Shown piece after piece: positions 14,408 to 27,020 of a stretch of 64,000 nucleotides of DNA. The notes under the pieces are model-generated. The model saw only the letters and a list, made by a program, of their open reading frames with translations, did no database searches and was not told where the DNA came from. The DNA is from Eledone cirrhosa (lineage: Eukaryota). A program made the translations under genes and the position numbers. The stretch is from positions 60,326,001-60,390,000 of the forward strand of contig OZ024742.1 in NCBI GenBank assembly GCA_964016885.1. The letters are read 5' to 3'. Every line of letters starts with the position of its first letter. Positions within the stretch are counted from its first letter, which is position 1.

Positions 14408-17400
14408 CAACAACAACAGCAGCAGCAGCAACAACAACAACAACCACAGCAACAGCGGCGGCGGCGGTCGTAGTACCAGCAGCAACAACAAAAGTAACAG
14501 CAGCTCTGACGACAACAACAACAACAAGAAAGAAAAACCAATATCGTTTGCAGGTATCGCAAAGAACCTGGAAACCATCCTTATAACAAATGAGGAATTA
14601 CAGGAAGCAAAGAAGATGGTGACGAAAACCGGACACTGAGCAATCTGCAAGGAAGCCGAAACATTTTTCGAAACCCAACAGCACTGTACGGTCACGAACC
14701 GTACAGTAAGCACAAAATCACGTAGGGTTGAAAGAGCCACAGAGGCTCAACTACAAAAAGCCTTAGGGTCTGTGTGGCAGTGGAAAACGCATATCACCCG
14801 AGGCAAGTAATATGCCACCGTGGACGTGCTTTTTGGCACACTCCAGGAAGCAAAGTCTCAATCCTTAGTAACCCTAACGAGCGAGGAAATGGTGTTGGTG
14901 CCCTCCTACTGCGCGCAAAAAATTGTGAGGGTCAAACTGACCCACGTCCTCCCGAGATGGCCCCTTCTTGGCTGGCCGCGTCTGTCCTCATCGGAATCGA
15001 GGACAAAACAACTCTACTGCAAGTACAGAAAAAAGTACGAGAAGATTGGGTAGGCACCTCCATTGAGATGTTAATTCAAACCAACCAGTAGTGCATCGAA
15101 GCTATCCTGGATGTGATAGACTTCGATAACGGCACTCAACTGCCCATAAGTTTTGAGGGAAAACGCCCGAAATGCTTTCGCTGTGTGTCGAAAACTCACC
15201 TCAGGGCCTTCTGCAATGAGAAGACCCTCAAAAAGGAGAAAACCCCCCACCTTCCGAAACCGGCTCCACTGCTACCAGCAACAGGACAGGCAGCAAGCAG
15301 GAAGGAAAGGGTCCGTGGCACCCATACCCACGCCACGGAAATCAAGAACAGCAGAAGCAGTGGAAGTATTAACAACAACAACAGTAATACCAACTGCAGC
15401 TGTAACAGAGACTCCACTGCAACCATCACCAACAAGAGAAAGTGAAAGAGTGGAGCTGGTACCCCTCCCCGAACTCACAGAATCGGACATGGAGTGTGAG
15501 GTGGGAGAGGGATGGCAAAAGGTCGTAAGAAGGCCCAAACGCAGAAGCAGCGCATCGTCGCCTTCGAAAAGGGAGGGAAGAAATGAAAAAAGGGTAAAGG
15601 CTACTGCAAAGAGACTTACAGCAGCAACACCACCAACACCATCACCACCCACACTAGCACACCATCACCACTGGCGGCAACCCCACAGCCAACAACAAAA
15701 AACCTTCAACACCACCACCACAAGCACCAACATCGCAAACACAACATCAAACACACACACCCAGCAACAACGACAAGAAAATAGCAGAACCACAGCCCAC
15801 CCAGAAAAAGAAATGCACAGCAATAAATACACACAACAAGAAACTAATGACTTACATAATTGAACACACAGACATTTCACAGCACGACTACATAATATCA
15901 GCACCAATCAAAACACCAACGAACATGGTAAGAATAGCACAGAAACAATATACACACATTAAAATAAAATTCCTCAACGCAGTTGGTGATTTCAGAGACC
16001 TAGGAGGCACACTCAACCGGAGAGTATATTCGGATATACTCACAGTAGAGCCGACGACCAGCCGAAGGGACGATTCAACGGTCCCTTCACCAGACGATCA
16101 AGTGGAAAGGGATGGAAAAACCATCCTTCCTCTACGAGAAGTAAGGTAAGTGGTCTTTCCCATCTTTTCCACTCCATTTCAACATGACCTCACTCAGAAT
16201 AGGCAGCATAAATGCGCGTGGCTTGGGGTTGTCATGGAAGCAACGCCACCTGCTCAACGACCTCAAGTCACTAAACATGGATGTAGTGGCCATCAGCGAG
16301 AACAGAGTCTCCGAAGCACGGATCTTCGCACCGATCTTCGGCTGCTATGATGTGTACGCATCTTCCAGTCGTCCTGGATCGGGGGGAGGAGTTGCTGTGC
16401 TTTTTCGGAGAGGTTTGGATCTCGCCATACGGGCCATCTTCCTGGACCTAGAAGGTAAGTTGGTGGTGCTGGACGTGACCAGCGGAGACGGGCAAGCTTT
16501 CAGGCTCTGGCCGTCTATGCCCCGAGAGGCGGAGGGCGGCCTGATTTCTTCCGGCGTCTGGAGACCTTTCTAGGAACGTCCCGCTCTTTAGTGTTAGTGG
16601 GAGACTGGAACGGTATATTAGATGCACGATGGGACTGTGTGGGATTAGCGGATAGGGGAGGAGGGTGCAAGAGCCTCACCAACCTGCTCAGGCGTTTTGA
16701 ACTGTCTGACAGGTACCGATTGGATTTCCCGAATGTGCCAATGTGAACTTGGACAAACCGCATCGGGTCATCCAGATCATATCTAGATAGAGTATTTTAT
16801 AGGGAAATAGATAGGTCTAGCATAGGCTGTCCACAATTCAAGATAGTCAGCTAACGGACCACAAATTCGTGATATGTGTGCTTGACTTAGATAGTCTTCA
16901 TAGACGAGGACCCGGTTACTGGAAGCTAAACGCGTCCTTACCAGCGCGCGAGACCTACAGAAACTGGATTAGGGAAATAGTTAAGCGAGCGTTGACGGGG
17001 GACATCGTCAGCAACAAGTGGTGGTTTGCTCTGAAAAGAGCGATTAGAATAGAGTCCATAAGCTTTAGTAAGGCTTTAGCTATAGAGAAAAATAGAGCTG
17101 AGGGAGAACTAGTTAGAAAATTAGACTAGGCGCTTAGCAAAGGCCGCGCGACGACGTACTTGCGGCGAAATTGGCCCTTGACCAATTCTTCAATGCAAGC
17201 ACGAAGGCTGCGTTGTCAGAGCTAGAGTGCATGCTCTCAGACACGAGGGGACGAAAGCCGTTCAATAGGCCCGAGTGGCAACAAAGCCACGATCTGCTCT
17301 TTTGTGGACCGCGACAGGCGCATGCTACTCGATCCCGGGCAAATGTGTGAAGCTTTTCAGCGACACTTCGCTCAGCTGTTCGGGGGCAGCGGCGGACCGG

Positions 17401-19813
17401 ATCGAGGGATGGACTTTAGTGTCTACCTCGACGGACTGCCGCGGCTATCGGCCACTGAAGCGGAGCGTTGCGAAAACCGATAACAGCCGCTGAAGTACGG
17501 GAGGCAATGACTGGCTGCACAAGAGGTAAATCGCCTGGTTTGGATGGTCTGCCCTATGAACTTTACGTACAGATGCCAGACTTGTTGGGAGGCCTCTTGG
17601 CGGACGTCTACTGCAATTGGCAACATAACGGGAGAATTCCCAGCTCTGTGAGCCGAGGAGCGGTGGCGCTGCTGAGAAAGGATCCGAACAAGGGGGATAA
17701 CATAGATAATTTCAGGCCCATAAGTCTGCTAAACACAGAGTTCAAGATTTTGGCCAAGGTGCTAGCAAAGAGGTTGGCGCTTGTCGTTGGTGGTCTGGTG
17801 GGAGAGGCGCAAACATGCGCCACTCCCGACAGATCCGTCCACGACAACTTCCACCTCATGCGATACATCGTAGAGAGGGTAGCTAGGGAACCTGGCACGA
17901 GTGGGGCCTTGATCAATTTAGATCAGTCGAAAGCTTTCGATAGGGTCGACCATCGTTACCTAGCGGCAGTCCTGAAGGCGGTTGGCTTTGGGCCCGTCTT
18001 CAGAGGCTGGATCGCTGCCATGCACAGCGACATCTGCTCTGTGGTGAGAGTGAACGGTCACCTTTCGGAACCGTTCAACATCATGCGCTCGGTCCGCCAA
18101 CGATGTCCCCTCTCGTCCCTCTTGTACGTTTTGACTCTCGAGCCATTACTGCACACACTGGAGATGTTGAGGGGGTCCCACGCGAACTAGGATGCGGAAG
18201 ATCCGTGTCAGCATATGCGGATGATGTCACCGTAGTGGTGTCGAAAGCCAAACACATCGAGGCGATCGGCACTACACTAAGAGAATACGAAGCGGTGACA
18301 GGAGCAACGATCAACCAGGAAAGGTCAGTGGGCCTGCAGCTCGGCACCTGGAGAGGTAGGTCCATGCCGTCCAACAGCGTCGTCGTGCGCAGGATGGACG
18401 GACCGGTTAAATTGTGTGGTTCGGTCGGGACCTCCAGACGGACAAAAACTGGGCCGAGGTGACGAGTAGGGTGGCTTCTCTCACCCAGAAATGAGCGGAG
18501 AGGAAGCTATCCCTGAAAGGTCGAGCGGAGGTGGATAACGCGTACATCGCGTCCGTCATCTACTACCGCCTGACCGTCTTACCTTGTCCTAAGCCCCGCC
18601 TGACTGCGCTGGAGCGTTTGCTCTTTCGCTTTTTGTGGAACGGACGCGCTCCGATGGTCAGGCCGTCAATCAGCTGTCAACAGCCGCTACGTGGAGGGCT
18701 GGGCATGCCATGGCTGATGATGCGCAGACACGCGCTCAGGCTACGACATCTCCACCTTTTCCTCGACGGTGATCAGGTGTGGTCGCCGTTTGCTAGACAC
18801 GTCTTTACCCAGCTCGTCTCCTTGACGGAGCTGCAGTCCTGGGTCAAGCGAAGACCGAGAGGGAGCGCTTGGAGACTGGAATGTCTTCAGGCGCTCACAG
18901 CCCTCGACCAATCGGGCAATGTGATCGGTGGAAACTCCACCTTGGCGTTCTATAAGGGATTAGTGGAGGGGAAGAGCGACGACGTACTTGGAGAATCTCT
19001 AGGCGTCGACGAAAATCAACTAGCCAATCTCTTTGGAAGGACTTTCGGGCCGGGGCCTATGGACAACTTCCAGAAATCCCTGGCCTGGCAGTGCTACCGA
19101 GGAGCTTTGCCAGTTCGGGATAAACTCTACAGGCGTGGACGTGCCGTCAGCCGGGCATGTCCGAGATGCTGCAGGACGACGAAACCGTCTTGCACGCACT
19201 CGTCCAGTTTCCGAGCATTGCTGACTTGTGGGTTTATGTCGAACACCTGCTGTCACGTGTAGGACGGATCCGGCTATCAGCTGAGTCCATCGTGAGGATT
19301 GCCCCGCCCTCCTCCTTTAGCCTGGAAGGGCAGGCAGTTTTTATCTGTCTGGTGGCCATGGCGAAAGAGATAGTATGGTGGACTCGTTTGAAAGGGCTGA
19401 AGACGAGCACTTACCTCTTCGGTGAAGCCCTGATTAACTTTTTCAAATTTCATTTGAAAAGGAAAATCAGGGTAGAGAGGGAAGTGCTCTCTTCCCAGCA
19501 TTTTGTTGAAAGATGGGTGAGAGAAGCAAGTATGGCCCGAATGAATGGGCCTACTCTGAGTATGTGTCTGTAAATTAAAGGTGGAAAACTGGGAGAGGGC
19601 ACTTGCACAGGGTCACTGTGGCCTTTTAATGGTCTTTCTCCACAAATGTCCCTCGGAAGTCTCCCCTCTATTGGGGAATTTTTCATTGTTATTTTTTTTA
19701 TTACATCCTCTGTTTATTTTTACACGCAGAAATGCCCATTTGTACCGTCCTGTATTGTCCTGTACTATCCTTAATGTCTACTTTATGTAAACTCTTGTGG
19801 TTAATAAAGAAAA

Positions 19814-19874
<61 letters not shown>
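13803..19874 (+). mobile_element. Tx1-like LINE copy 2, full length and disrupted (ORF1 about 14019-16149, ORF2 16184-19573)
   Basis: ORF1 with CCHC knuckle CFRCVSKTHLRAFC; APE-RT ORF2 broken by several stops and frameshifts; (ATT)20 tail at 19815-19874. Confidence 0.95.
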
Positions 19875-20082
19875 GGCGACCTACGTAGTAAATCGTATCA
19901 TCGTGAGCTCCGCAAAGGTTTGTTATTTCCGTTTGTTAAAAATTGCCATTTATGGAAAATTTTATTGTTAACTGTTTATAAGCACACATACATTGTTTTC
20001 CGAAAAGGACACCCAAAAAGATTGGGGCCTTGTGCCCAAAATTTTAACTTTTATTATTATCCAAAAATTTCTTTGAAAAAAA

Positions 20083-22078
20083 ATGGCTAATTCCCCTCTG
20101 CACGAAGCAGCTGAAAGCCTTCCTCACAAAATAACACCTCACACCGACACCACCATTGTAAATGTTACTACGTTTGCCAACACAAAAAAAAATATAAGCA
20201 GTAGCAATATTTTAAATTTGTCTCAGGCAGACATTCATTTCCCGCCATTACCAATGACTGCAGGTGTTAAAGCCTCCACCACCACCACCACCGCGACAAC
20301 CACCACCCCCACCACCACCGCGACAACAGAAACAAAAGAAGAAAAAAATAAATTAACTCGTGATGACGAAATGAAATCAAGCACAATGGACTCTTCCGCA
20401 CCAAAGACAAATGACGTCACCACCACAACTGAAACAAAAATTAAGATTAACACAAATAACGATAGCAACAACAACAACAATGACATTATAAAACCGACCC
20501 TCAGTTTCCCCATCGTAGCAAAACAATTCGAAGCGTTCACGGTAACTCAAGAAGATTTAGAAAATGCCAAACAAATGGTAAAGAAAGATGGGTACAGGGT
20601 CAGCCTCACCCCCCCACCTAATAAAATGGAGCATCGGCGCCTGTGCACCATGTCGTATAGAACAATAAATGTAAAATCGCGCCGAGTGGAACGGGCATCC
20701 GAGTCCCAAATCCAAAAAGCTTTGGGACATGTGTGGGCAAGAAAAACCCACATCAGACGTGGGCAAAAGTATGGAACCGTGGATGTGTTCTTTGAAACAC
20801 CAGAGGAGGCTAGAGAACACTCCATGGCCCCATTAAAAAGTGACGACTTCATACTCGTCCCAAGCTATTGTGGCCAGAGACTCGTAAAGATCAGGGTGAC
20901 CCACGTTCCACCGGCCATCGAAATTCCCTGGCTAATAGCGGCTGTCATCGCCGGCATCGAGGCCAACACGAAAATAATAACAATAGCAAAAGAAAAGCAG
21001 GAAAACTGGTCCGGATCTGGGATGGAGCTCCTGATCCAAGCGGACCAAAAAAGCATTGAGGAGATCCCAGAGGTAATAGACCTCACTGACGGCAGCCACC
21101 TCACGGTAATTGTCGAGGGCAGAAGGCCTAGGTGTGTCGTTTGTGGTGAAGGAACCCACCTAAGGGCTTTCTGCCCTCAGGCTAAAAGGTTGAGGCCACC
21201 TCTCCTACCCACCCCAGTGACAAAACCATCAACACCACCAGTAGCAGAGATGGCAGCAACAACTGTAGCAGCAACAACAGAAGCAACTATAACAGCAACA
21301 ACCCCAGCAACAGTAGCAAAACCAACACCACTACCACCACCAGCAAAACCAACACCACCACCACCACCCAACGCTTCAGAACTAGCACCAGCGCCTACAC
21401 CATCCACCACACCACAACCAAAACTAACGGCTGTGGAGGATTTTCCACTCCCCGGCCTATCACAACTGGAGACAGATTGTGACGACGAGGAGTGGGAAAC
21501 GATATCCGGAAAAAAAAAAAGAAACCAAAAAAGAAAAAAATTCTCTTCCTTCCCCCTCCAAAAACAAAATACAGAGGGAAACAAATAAACTAAGAAACAA
21601 AAAAGTTAGGACAGATATGCCACCATCCACACCAGCATCACCAACCCCATCAACCCAAACACCAACACCATCACCATCATTATCCCCAGCACCACCATCA
21701 CCTACACCACAAAAGTCACCAAAATTCGAAACAGAAACAAACCCACAACAAACGCAAACAAAACAAAACAACCAAAACGATACACACTACACAGCATTAA
21801 ATTTGAACAACAAGCAATTATTACACTACATCCAACACAACACCAGCATCACAGAAAAAGACTACACAACAACCCCAAAATTCACACCACCTCCACACAT
21901 ACAAATCACTCGCATCACACAGAAAACGTACATGACACTAAAACAAAAATTCCCCAAAGACATCGGAGACTTCCGACAAGCACTCTCCAGGAGGATTTAT
22001 AAGGACATCCTTCCTGAGGAGGCCACAAGCAGTGAAAAGGATGGAAAAGCCGTCCTTCCCCTACGAGAAGTAAGGTAA
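20083..22078 (+). CDS. LINE ORF1 nucleic-acid-binding protein (CCHC zinc knuckle, Pro/Thr-rich linker), one frameshift
   Basis: ORFs 20083-21588 and 21479-22078 overlap across an A-rich stretch (A11 at 21510-21520); CVVCGEGTHLRAFC; same LPLREVR* end as copy 2. Confidence 0.85.
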
Positions 22079-22112
22079 GTGGTCTTTCCCATCTTTTCCA
22101 CTCCTTTTCAAC

Positions 22113-25100
22113 ATGACCTCACTCAGAATAGGCAGCATAAATGCGCGTGGCTTGGGGTCGTCATGGAAGCAGGGCCACCTACTCAACGACCTCAGGTCAC
22201 TAAACATAGATGTAGTGGCCATCAGCGAGACCAGAATCTCCGAAGCACAGGCTTTCGCACCGATCTTCGGCGGCTACGATGTGTACGCATCTCCCAGCCG
22301 TCCGGGATCGGGGGGAGGAGTTGCTGTGCTTTTTCGGAGAGGTTTGGATCTTGCCATACGGGCCATCTTCCTGGACCCAGAAGGTAAGTTGGTGGTGCTG
22401 GACGTGACCAGCGGAGACGGGCAAGCTTTCAGGTTAGTGGCCGTCTATGCCCCGACAGGAGCAGGGCGGCCTGATTTCTTCCGGCGTCCGGAGACCTTTC
22501 TTGGAACGTCCCGCTCTTTAGTGTTAGTGGGCGACTGGAACGGGATCTTAGATGCACGCTGGGATTGTGTGGGATTAGTGGATAGGGAAGGAGGGTGCAA
22601 GAGTCTCACCAACCTGCTCAGACGTTTTGAACTGTCTGACAGGTACCGAATGGATTTCCCGAATGTACCAATGTGGACTTGGACAAATCGTATAGGGTCA
22701 TCCAGATCATATCTAGATAGAGTATTTTGTAGGGAAATAGATAGGTCTCGCATAGGCTGTCCACAATTCAAGATAGTCAGCTACACGGACCACAAATTCG
22801 TGATCTGTGTGCTTGACTTAGATAGGCTTCATAGACGAGGACCCGGCTACTGGAAGCTAAACGCGTCCTTACCAGCGCGCAAGGCCTACAGAGACCGGAT
22901 TAGCGAACTAGTTAAGCGGGCGTTGACGGGGGCCATCGTCAACAACAAGTGGTGGTTTGCTCTGAAAAGAGCAATTAGAATAGAGTCCATTAGGTTTAGT
23001 AAGACTTTAGCAATAGAGAAAAATAGAGCAGAGGGAGAATTAGTTAGAAAATTAGATGAGGCGCTTAGCAAAGGCATCGCGACCGACGTGCTTGCGGCGA
23101 AATTGGCCCTTGACCAATTCTTCAATGCAAAGCACGAAGGCTGCGTTGTCAGAGCTAGGGTGCGTGCTCTCAGACACGAGGGGACGAAAGCCGTTCAATG
23201 GGCCCGAGTGGCGGAGGCGCGTCGTGGCAACAAAGCCACGATCCGGTCTTTGGTGGACCACGACGGGCGCATGCTACTCGATCCCGGGCAAATGTGTGAA
23301 GCTTTTCAGCGACACTTCGCTCAACTGTTCGGGGGCAGTGGCGGGCCGGATCGAGGGATGGACTTTAGTGTCTACCTCGACGGACTGCCGCGGCTTTCGG
23401 CCACTGAGGCGGAGTGTTGCGAAAAGCCGATAACAACCGCTGAAGTACGGGATGCAATGACTAGTTGCACAAGGGGCAAATCGCCTGGTTTGGATGGTCT
23501 GCCCTATGAACTTTACGTACAAATGCCAAACTTGTTCGGAGGCCTCTTGGCGGACGTCTACTGCAACTGGCAACAGAACGGGAGAATTCCCAGCTCTGTG
23601 AGCCGAGGAGCGGTGGCGCTGCTGAGAAAGGATCCGAACAAGGGGGATAACATAGATAATTTTAGGCCCATAACTCTGCTAAACACAGAGTTCAAGATTT
23701 TGGCCAAGGTGCTAGCAAAGAGGTTGGCGCTTGTCGTTGGTGGTCTGGTGGGAGAGGCACAGACATGCGCCATTCCCGACAGATCCATCCACGACAACCT
23801 CCACCTCATGCGATACATCGTATAGAGGGTAGCTAGGGAACCTGGCACGGGTGGGTCTTTGATCAATTTAGATCAGTCGAAAGCCTTCGATAGGGTCGAC
23901 CATCGTTACCTAGCGGCAGTCCTGAGGGCGGCTGGCTTTGGGCCCGTCTTCAGAGGCTGGATCGCTGCCATGCACAGCGACATCTGCTCTGTAGTGAGAG
24001 TGAACGGTCACCTTTCGGAACCGTTCAACATCATGCGCTCGGTCCGCCAAGGATGTCCCCTCTCGTCCCTATTATACGTATTGACTCTCGAGCCATTACT
24101 GCACAAACTGGAGACGTTGAGGGGGGTCCCGCGCGAACTAGGATGCGGAAGATCCGTGTCAGCATATGCCGACGATGTCACCGTAGTGGTGTCGAGCGCC
24201 AAACACATCGAGGCGATCGGCACTACACTAAGAGAATACGAAGCGGTGACAGGAGCAATGATCAACCAGGAAAAGTCAGTGGGCCTGCAGCTCGGCACCT
24301 GGAGAGGCAGGTCCATGCCGTCCAACAGCGTCGTCGGGCGCTGGACGGACGGACCGGTTAAATTGCTAGGGGTCTGGTTCGGTCCAGACCTCCAGACGGA
24401 CAAAAACTGGGACGTGGTGACGAGCAGGGTGGCTTCTCTCACCCAGAAATGGGCCGAGAGGAAGCTATCCGTGAAAGGTCGAGCGGAGGTGGCGAATGCG
24501 TACATCGCATCCGTCATCTACTACCGCCTGACCGTCGTACCTTGTCCTAAGCCCCGCCTGACTGCGCTGGAGCGTTTGCTCTTTCGCTTCTTGTGGAAGG
24601 GACGCGCTCCGATGGTCAGGCGGTCCATCTGCTGTCAACACCCGCTACGTGGAGGGCTGGGCATGCCGTGGCTGATGATGCGCAGACACGCGCTCAGGCT
24701 ACGACATCTCCACCTCTTCCTCGACGGTGATCAGGTGTGGTCGCCGTTTGCAAGACACGTTTTTCCCCAGCTCGTCTCCTTGACGGAGCTGCAGTCCTGG
24801 GTCAAGCGAAGACCGAGAGGGAGCGCTTGGAGACTGGAATGTCTTCAGGCGCTCACAGCCCTCGACCAATCGGGCAATGTGATCGGTGGAAACTCCACCT
24901 TGGCGTTCTATAGGGGATTAGTGGAGGGGAAGAGCGACGACGTACTTGGAGAAACTCTAGGCGTCGACGAAAATCAACTAGCCAATCTCTTCGGAAGGAC
25001 TTTCGGGCCGGGGCCTATGGACAACTTCCAGAAATCCCTGGCCTGGCAGTGCTACCGAGGAGCTTTGCCAGTTCGGGATAAACTCTACAGGCATGGAGGT

Positions 25101-25532
25101 GCCGTCAGCCGGGCATGTCCGAGATGCGCGCAGGGCGACGAAACCGTCCTGCACGCACTCGTCCAGTGTCCGAGCATTGCTGACTTGTGGGTTTATGTCG
25201 AACACCTGCTGTCACGTGTAGGACCTATCCAGCTATCAGCTGAGTCCATCGTGAGGATTGCCCCGCCCCCTTCCTTTAGCCTGGAAGGGCAGGCAGTTTT
25301 TATCTGTCTGGTGGCCATGGCGAAAGAGATAGTATGGTGGACACGTTTGAAAGGGCTGAAGACGAGCACTTACCTCTTCGGTGATGCCCTGATTAACTTT
25401 TTCAAATTTCATTTGAAAAGGAAAATCAGGGTAGAGAGGGAAGTGCTCTCTTCCCAGCATTTTGTTGAAAGATGGGTGAGAGAAGCAAGTATGGCCCGAA
25501 TGAATGGGCCTTCTCTGAGTATGTGTCTGTAA
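22113..25532 (+). CDS. LINE ORF2: APE endonuclease, reverse transcriptase and C-terminal Cys/His motif; one premature stop
   Basis: SINARGL, SET, GDWN, YLDR, TDH; QGCPLS, YADD; CPRC..ETVLHALVQC. TAG at 23823-23825 is GAG in copies 1 and 2. Confidence 0.95.
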
Positions 25533-25775
25533 ATTAAAGGTGGAAAACTGGGAGAGGGCACTTGCCCTCATGGTCAGGGCCACTGTGGTCTTTTAATGGG
25601 CTTTCTCCACAAATGTCCCTTGGAAGTCTCCCCCCTATTGGGGAATTTTTCTTTGTTATTTTATTTCAACCTCTGTTTTTTTTACACGCAGAAATGCCCA
25701 TTTGTACCGTCCTGTATTGTCCTGTACTGTCCTTAATGTCTACTTTATGTGAACCCTTGTGGTTAATAAAGAAAA

Positions 25776-25806
<31 letters not shown>

Positions 25807-25807
<1 letters not shown>

Positions 25808-27020
25808 TTTGAGTCTCAGTCGTTGATGTTATTTAACTGGAAAGTTTGTTGAAATGAATATCAAGCCGCTACCTGCAGCCTCAGATATTCAGGACGTATT
25901 GGAGGTTTCTTGCTGTTCCCAGCCAGCATGCCTTTTGAAGTGTTCCAAAAAGCGGGGCTAAACTAATCTTCTTTAACCATCCTTGGTAACTCTTTGAGAT
26001 AGTACCTAGTGCGCCTATGACAATCGGGACGACCCTCACTTCATGGCACTTCCAAATCCTTTTTACCTCCCATTTTAAGTCCTGGTATCGGTACATTTTG
26101 TCCCTCTCCATTTCTTGCACTCTCGTGTCAAATTGGCAGGCTACATCTACAATCAGGCACGATCTTTTTTCCTTGTCCCAAACCACCAGGTCAGGCCTAT
26201 TGTGTTCCAGTTTCTTGTCCGTCTGTATCCTAAATTCCCAGCCTTTATAGCGAGTCTGGGCTAGGTGTTTACACTCGGATACAATGTGAGCCACAGTCTC
26301 CTCTCCACAGATCCTACACAGTGGGCTAGCCTCCTCCTTGTAAATATGGTGTTTCACCCACTTCGTTCTGAGGGCCTGCTCTTTCGCAGCCATTAGCATT
26401 CCTTCTGTAGTCTTTTTAAGGTCTCCTCTTTTTAACCAGTTCCATGTCTGTGGATCTCTAAATTCAGTTTTCTCAAAGAAGGTATTATGAAGGGATTTTT
26501 ACTGAAGGTTGCTCTTCCTCCTTGTTGTTATTTCCTCCTGGACATCCCCTGGTCTATTGTCCTCTCCTTAAGTACAATTCTGAGCATTGGCTCCCTACTG
26601 TCAGTCACGTATTTGTGCAGGTTGTTTTTCTCCATCTGAACACAGTCCTCTATGCTGATAAAACTTCTTCCACCTTCAGATCTCTTTAAGTAGAGTCTAT
26701 CGACATCACTCCTCTTGTAGAACATGTTGTAGATAGTCAATAGCTTCCTAGTCTTCCTACCCATTTCTTTTTGGTCAGCAACATTGCATTTCAGAATTCT
26801 CGCACTGTACCTAATAATAGACACAGCTCGGGGCTTCACTGCACTTATGACATTCCTACTATTTAGATGTGATTTTAATACGCTCCTTACTCTCCTAATG
26901 TACTCAGATCTTATCAATTCCTTCATTTTTTTGTCCTTGATGTCATCTGCCCGAAGAACACCATAATATTTGTATCCTTCTTCAGTGTCAATTTCCTTTA
27001 TCATCTCATCTGTTGTTACC
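25807..27020 (-). mobile_element. R4/Dong-like RLE non-LTR retrotransposon, 5'-truncated and decayed
   Basis: YKYxGV, RLYLKRSEGGR, CRIC-ETVAHIVSEC knuckle, RPD..DVA..K endonuclease, PIVIGALG; ends in (TAA)n on its own strand. Confidence 0.88.

Larger units (their letters stand above)
19875..25806 (+). mobile_element. Tx1-like LINE copy 3, full length and nearly intact
   Basis: 5'UTR, ORF1, ORF2, 3'UTR with AATAAA, and (ATT)10 tail at 25777-25806. Confidence 0.97.

Noticed and set aside
22200-25583. Antisense and alternate-frame ORFs in Tx1 ORF2
   Set aside because: Shadow frames of GC-rich coding sequence with no recognisable domains
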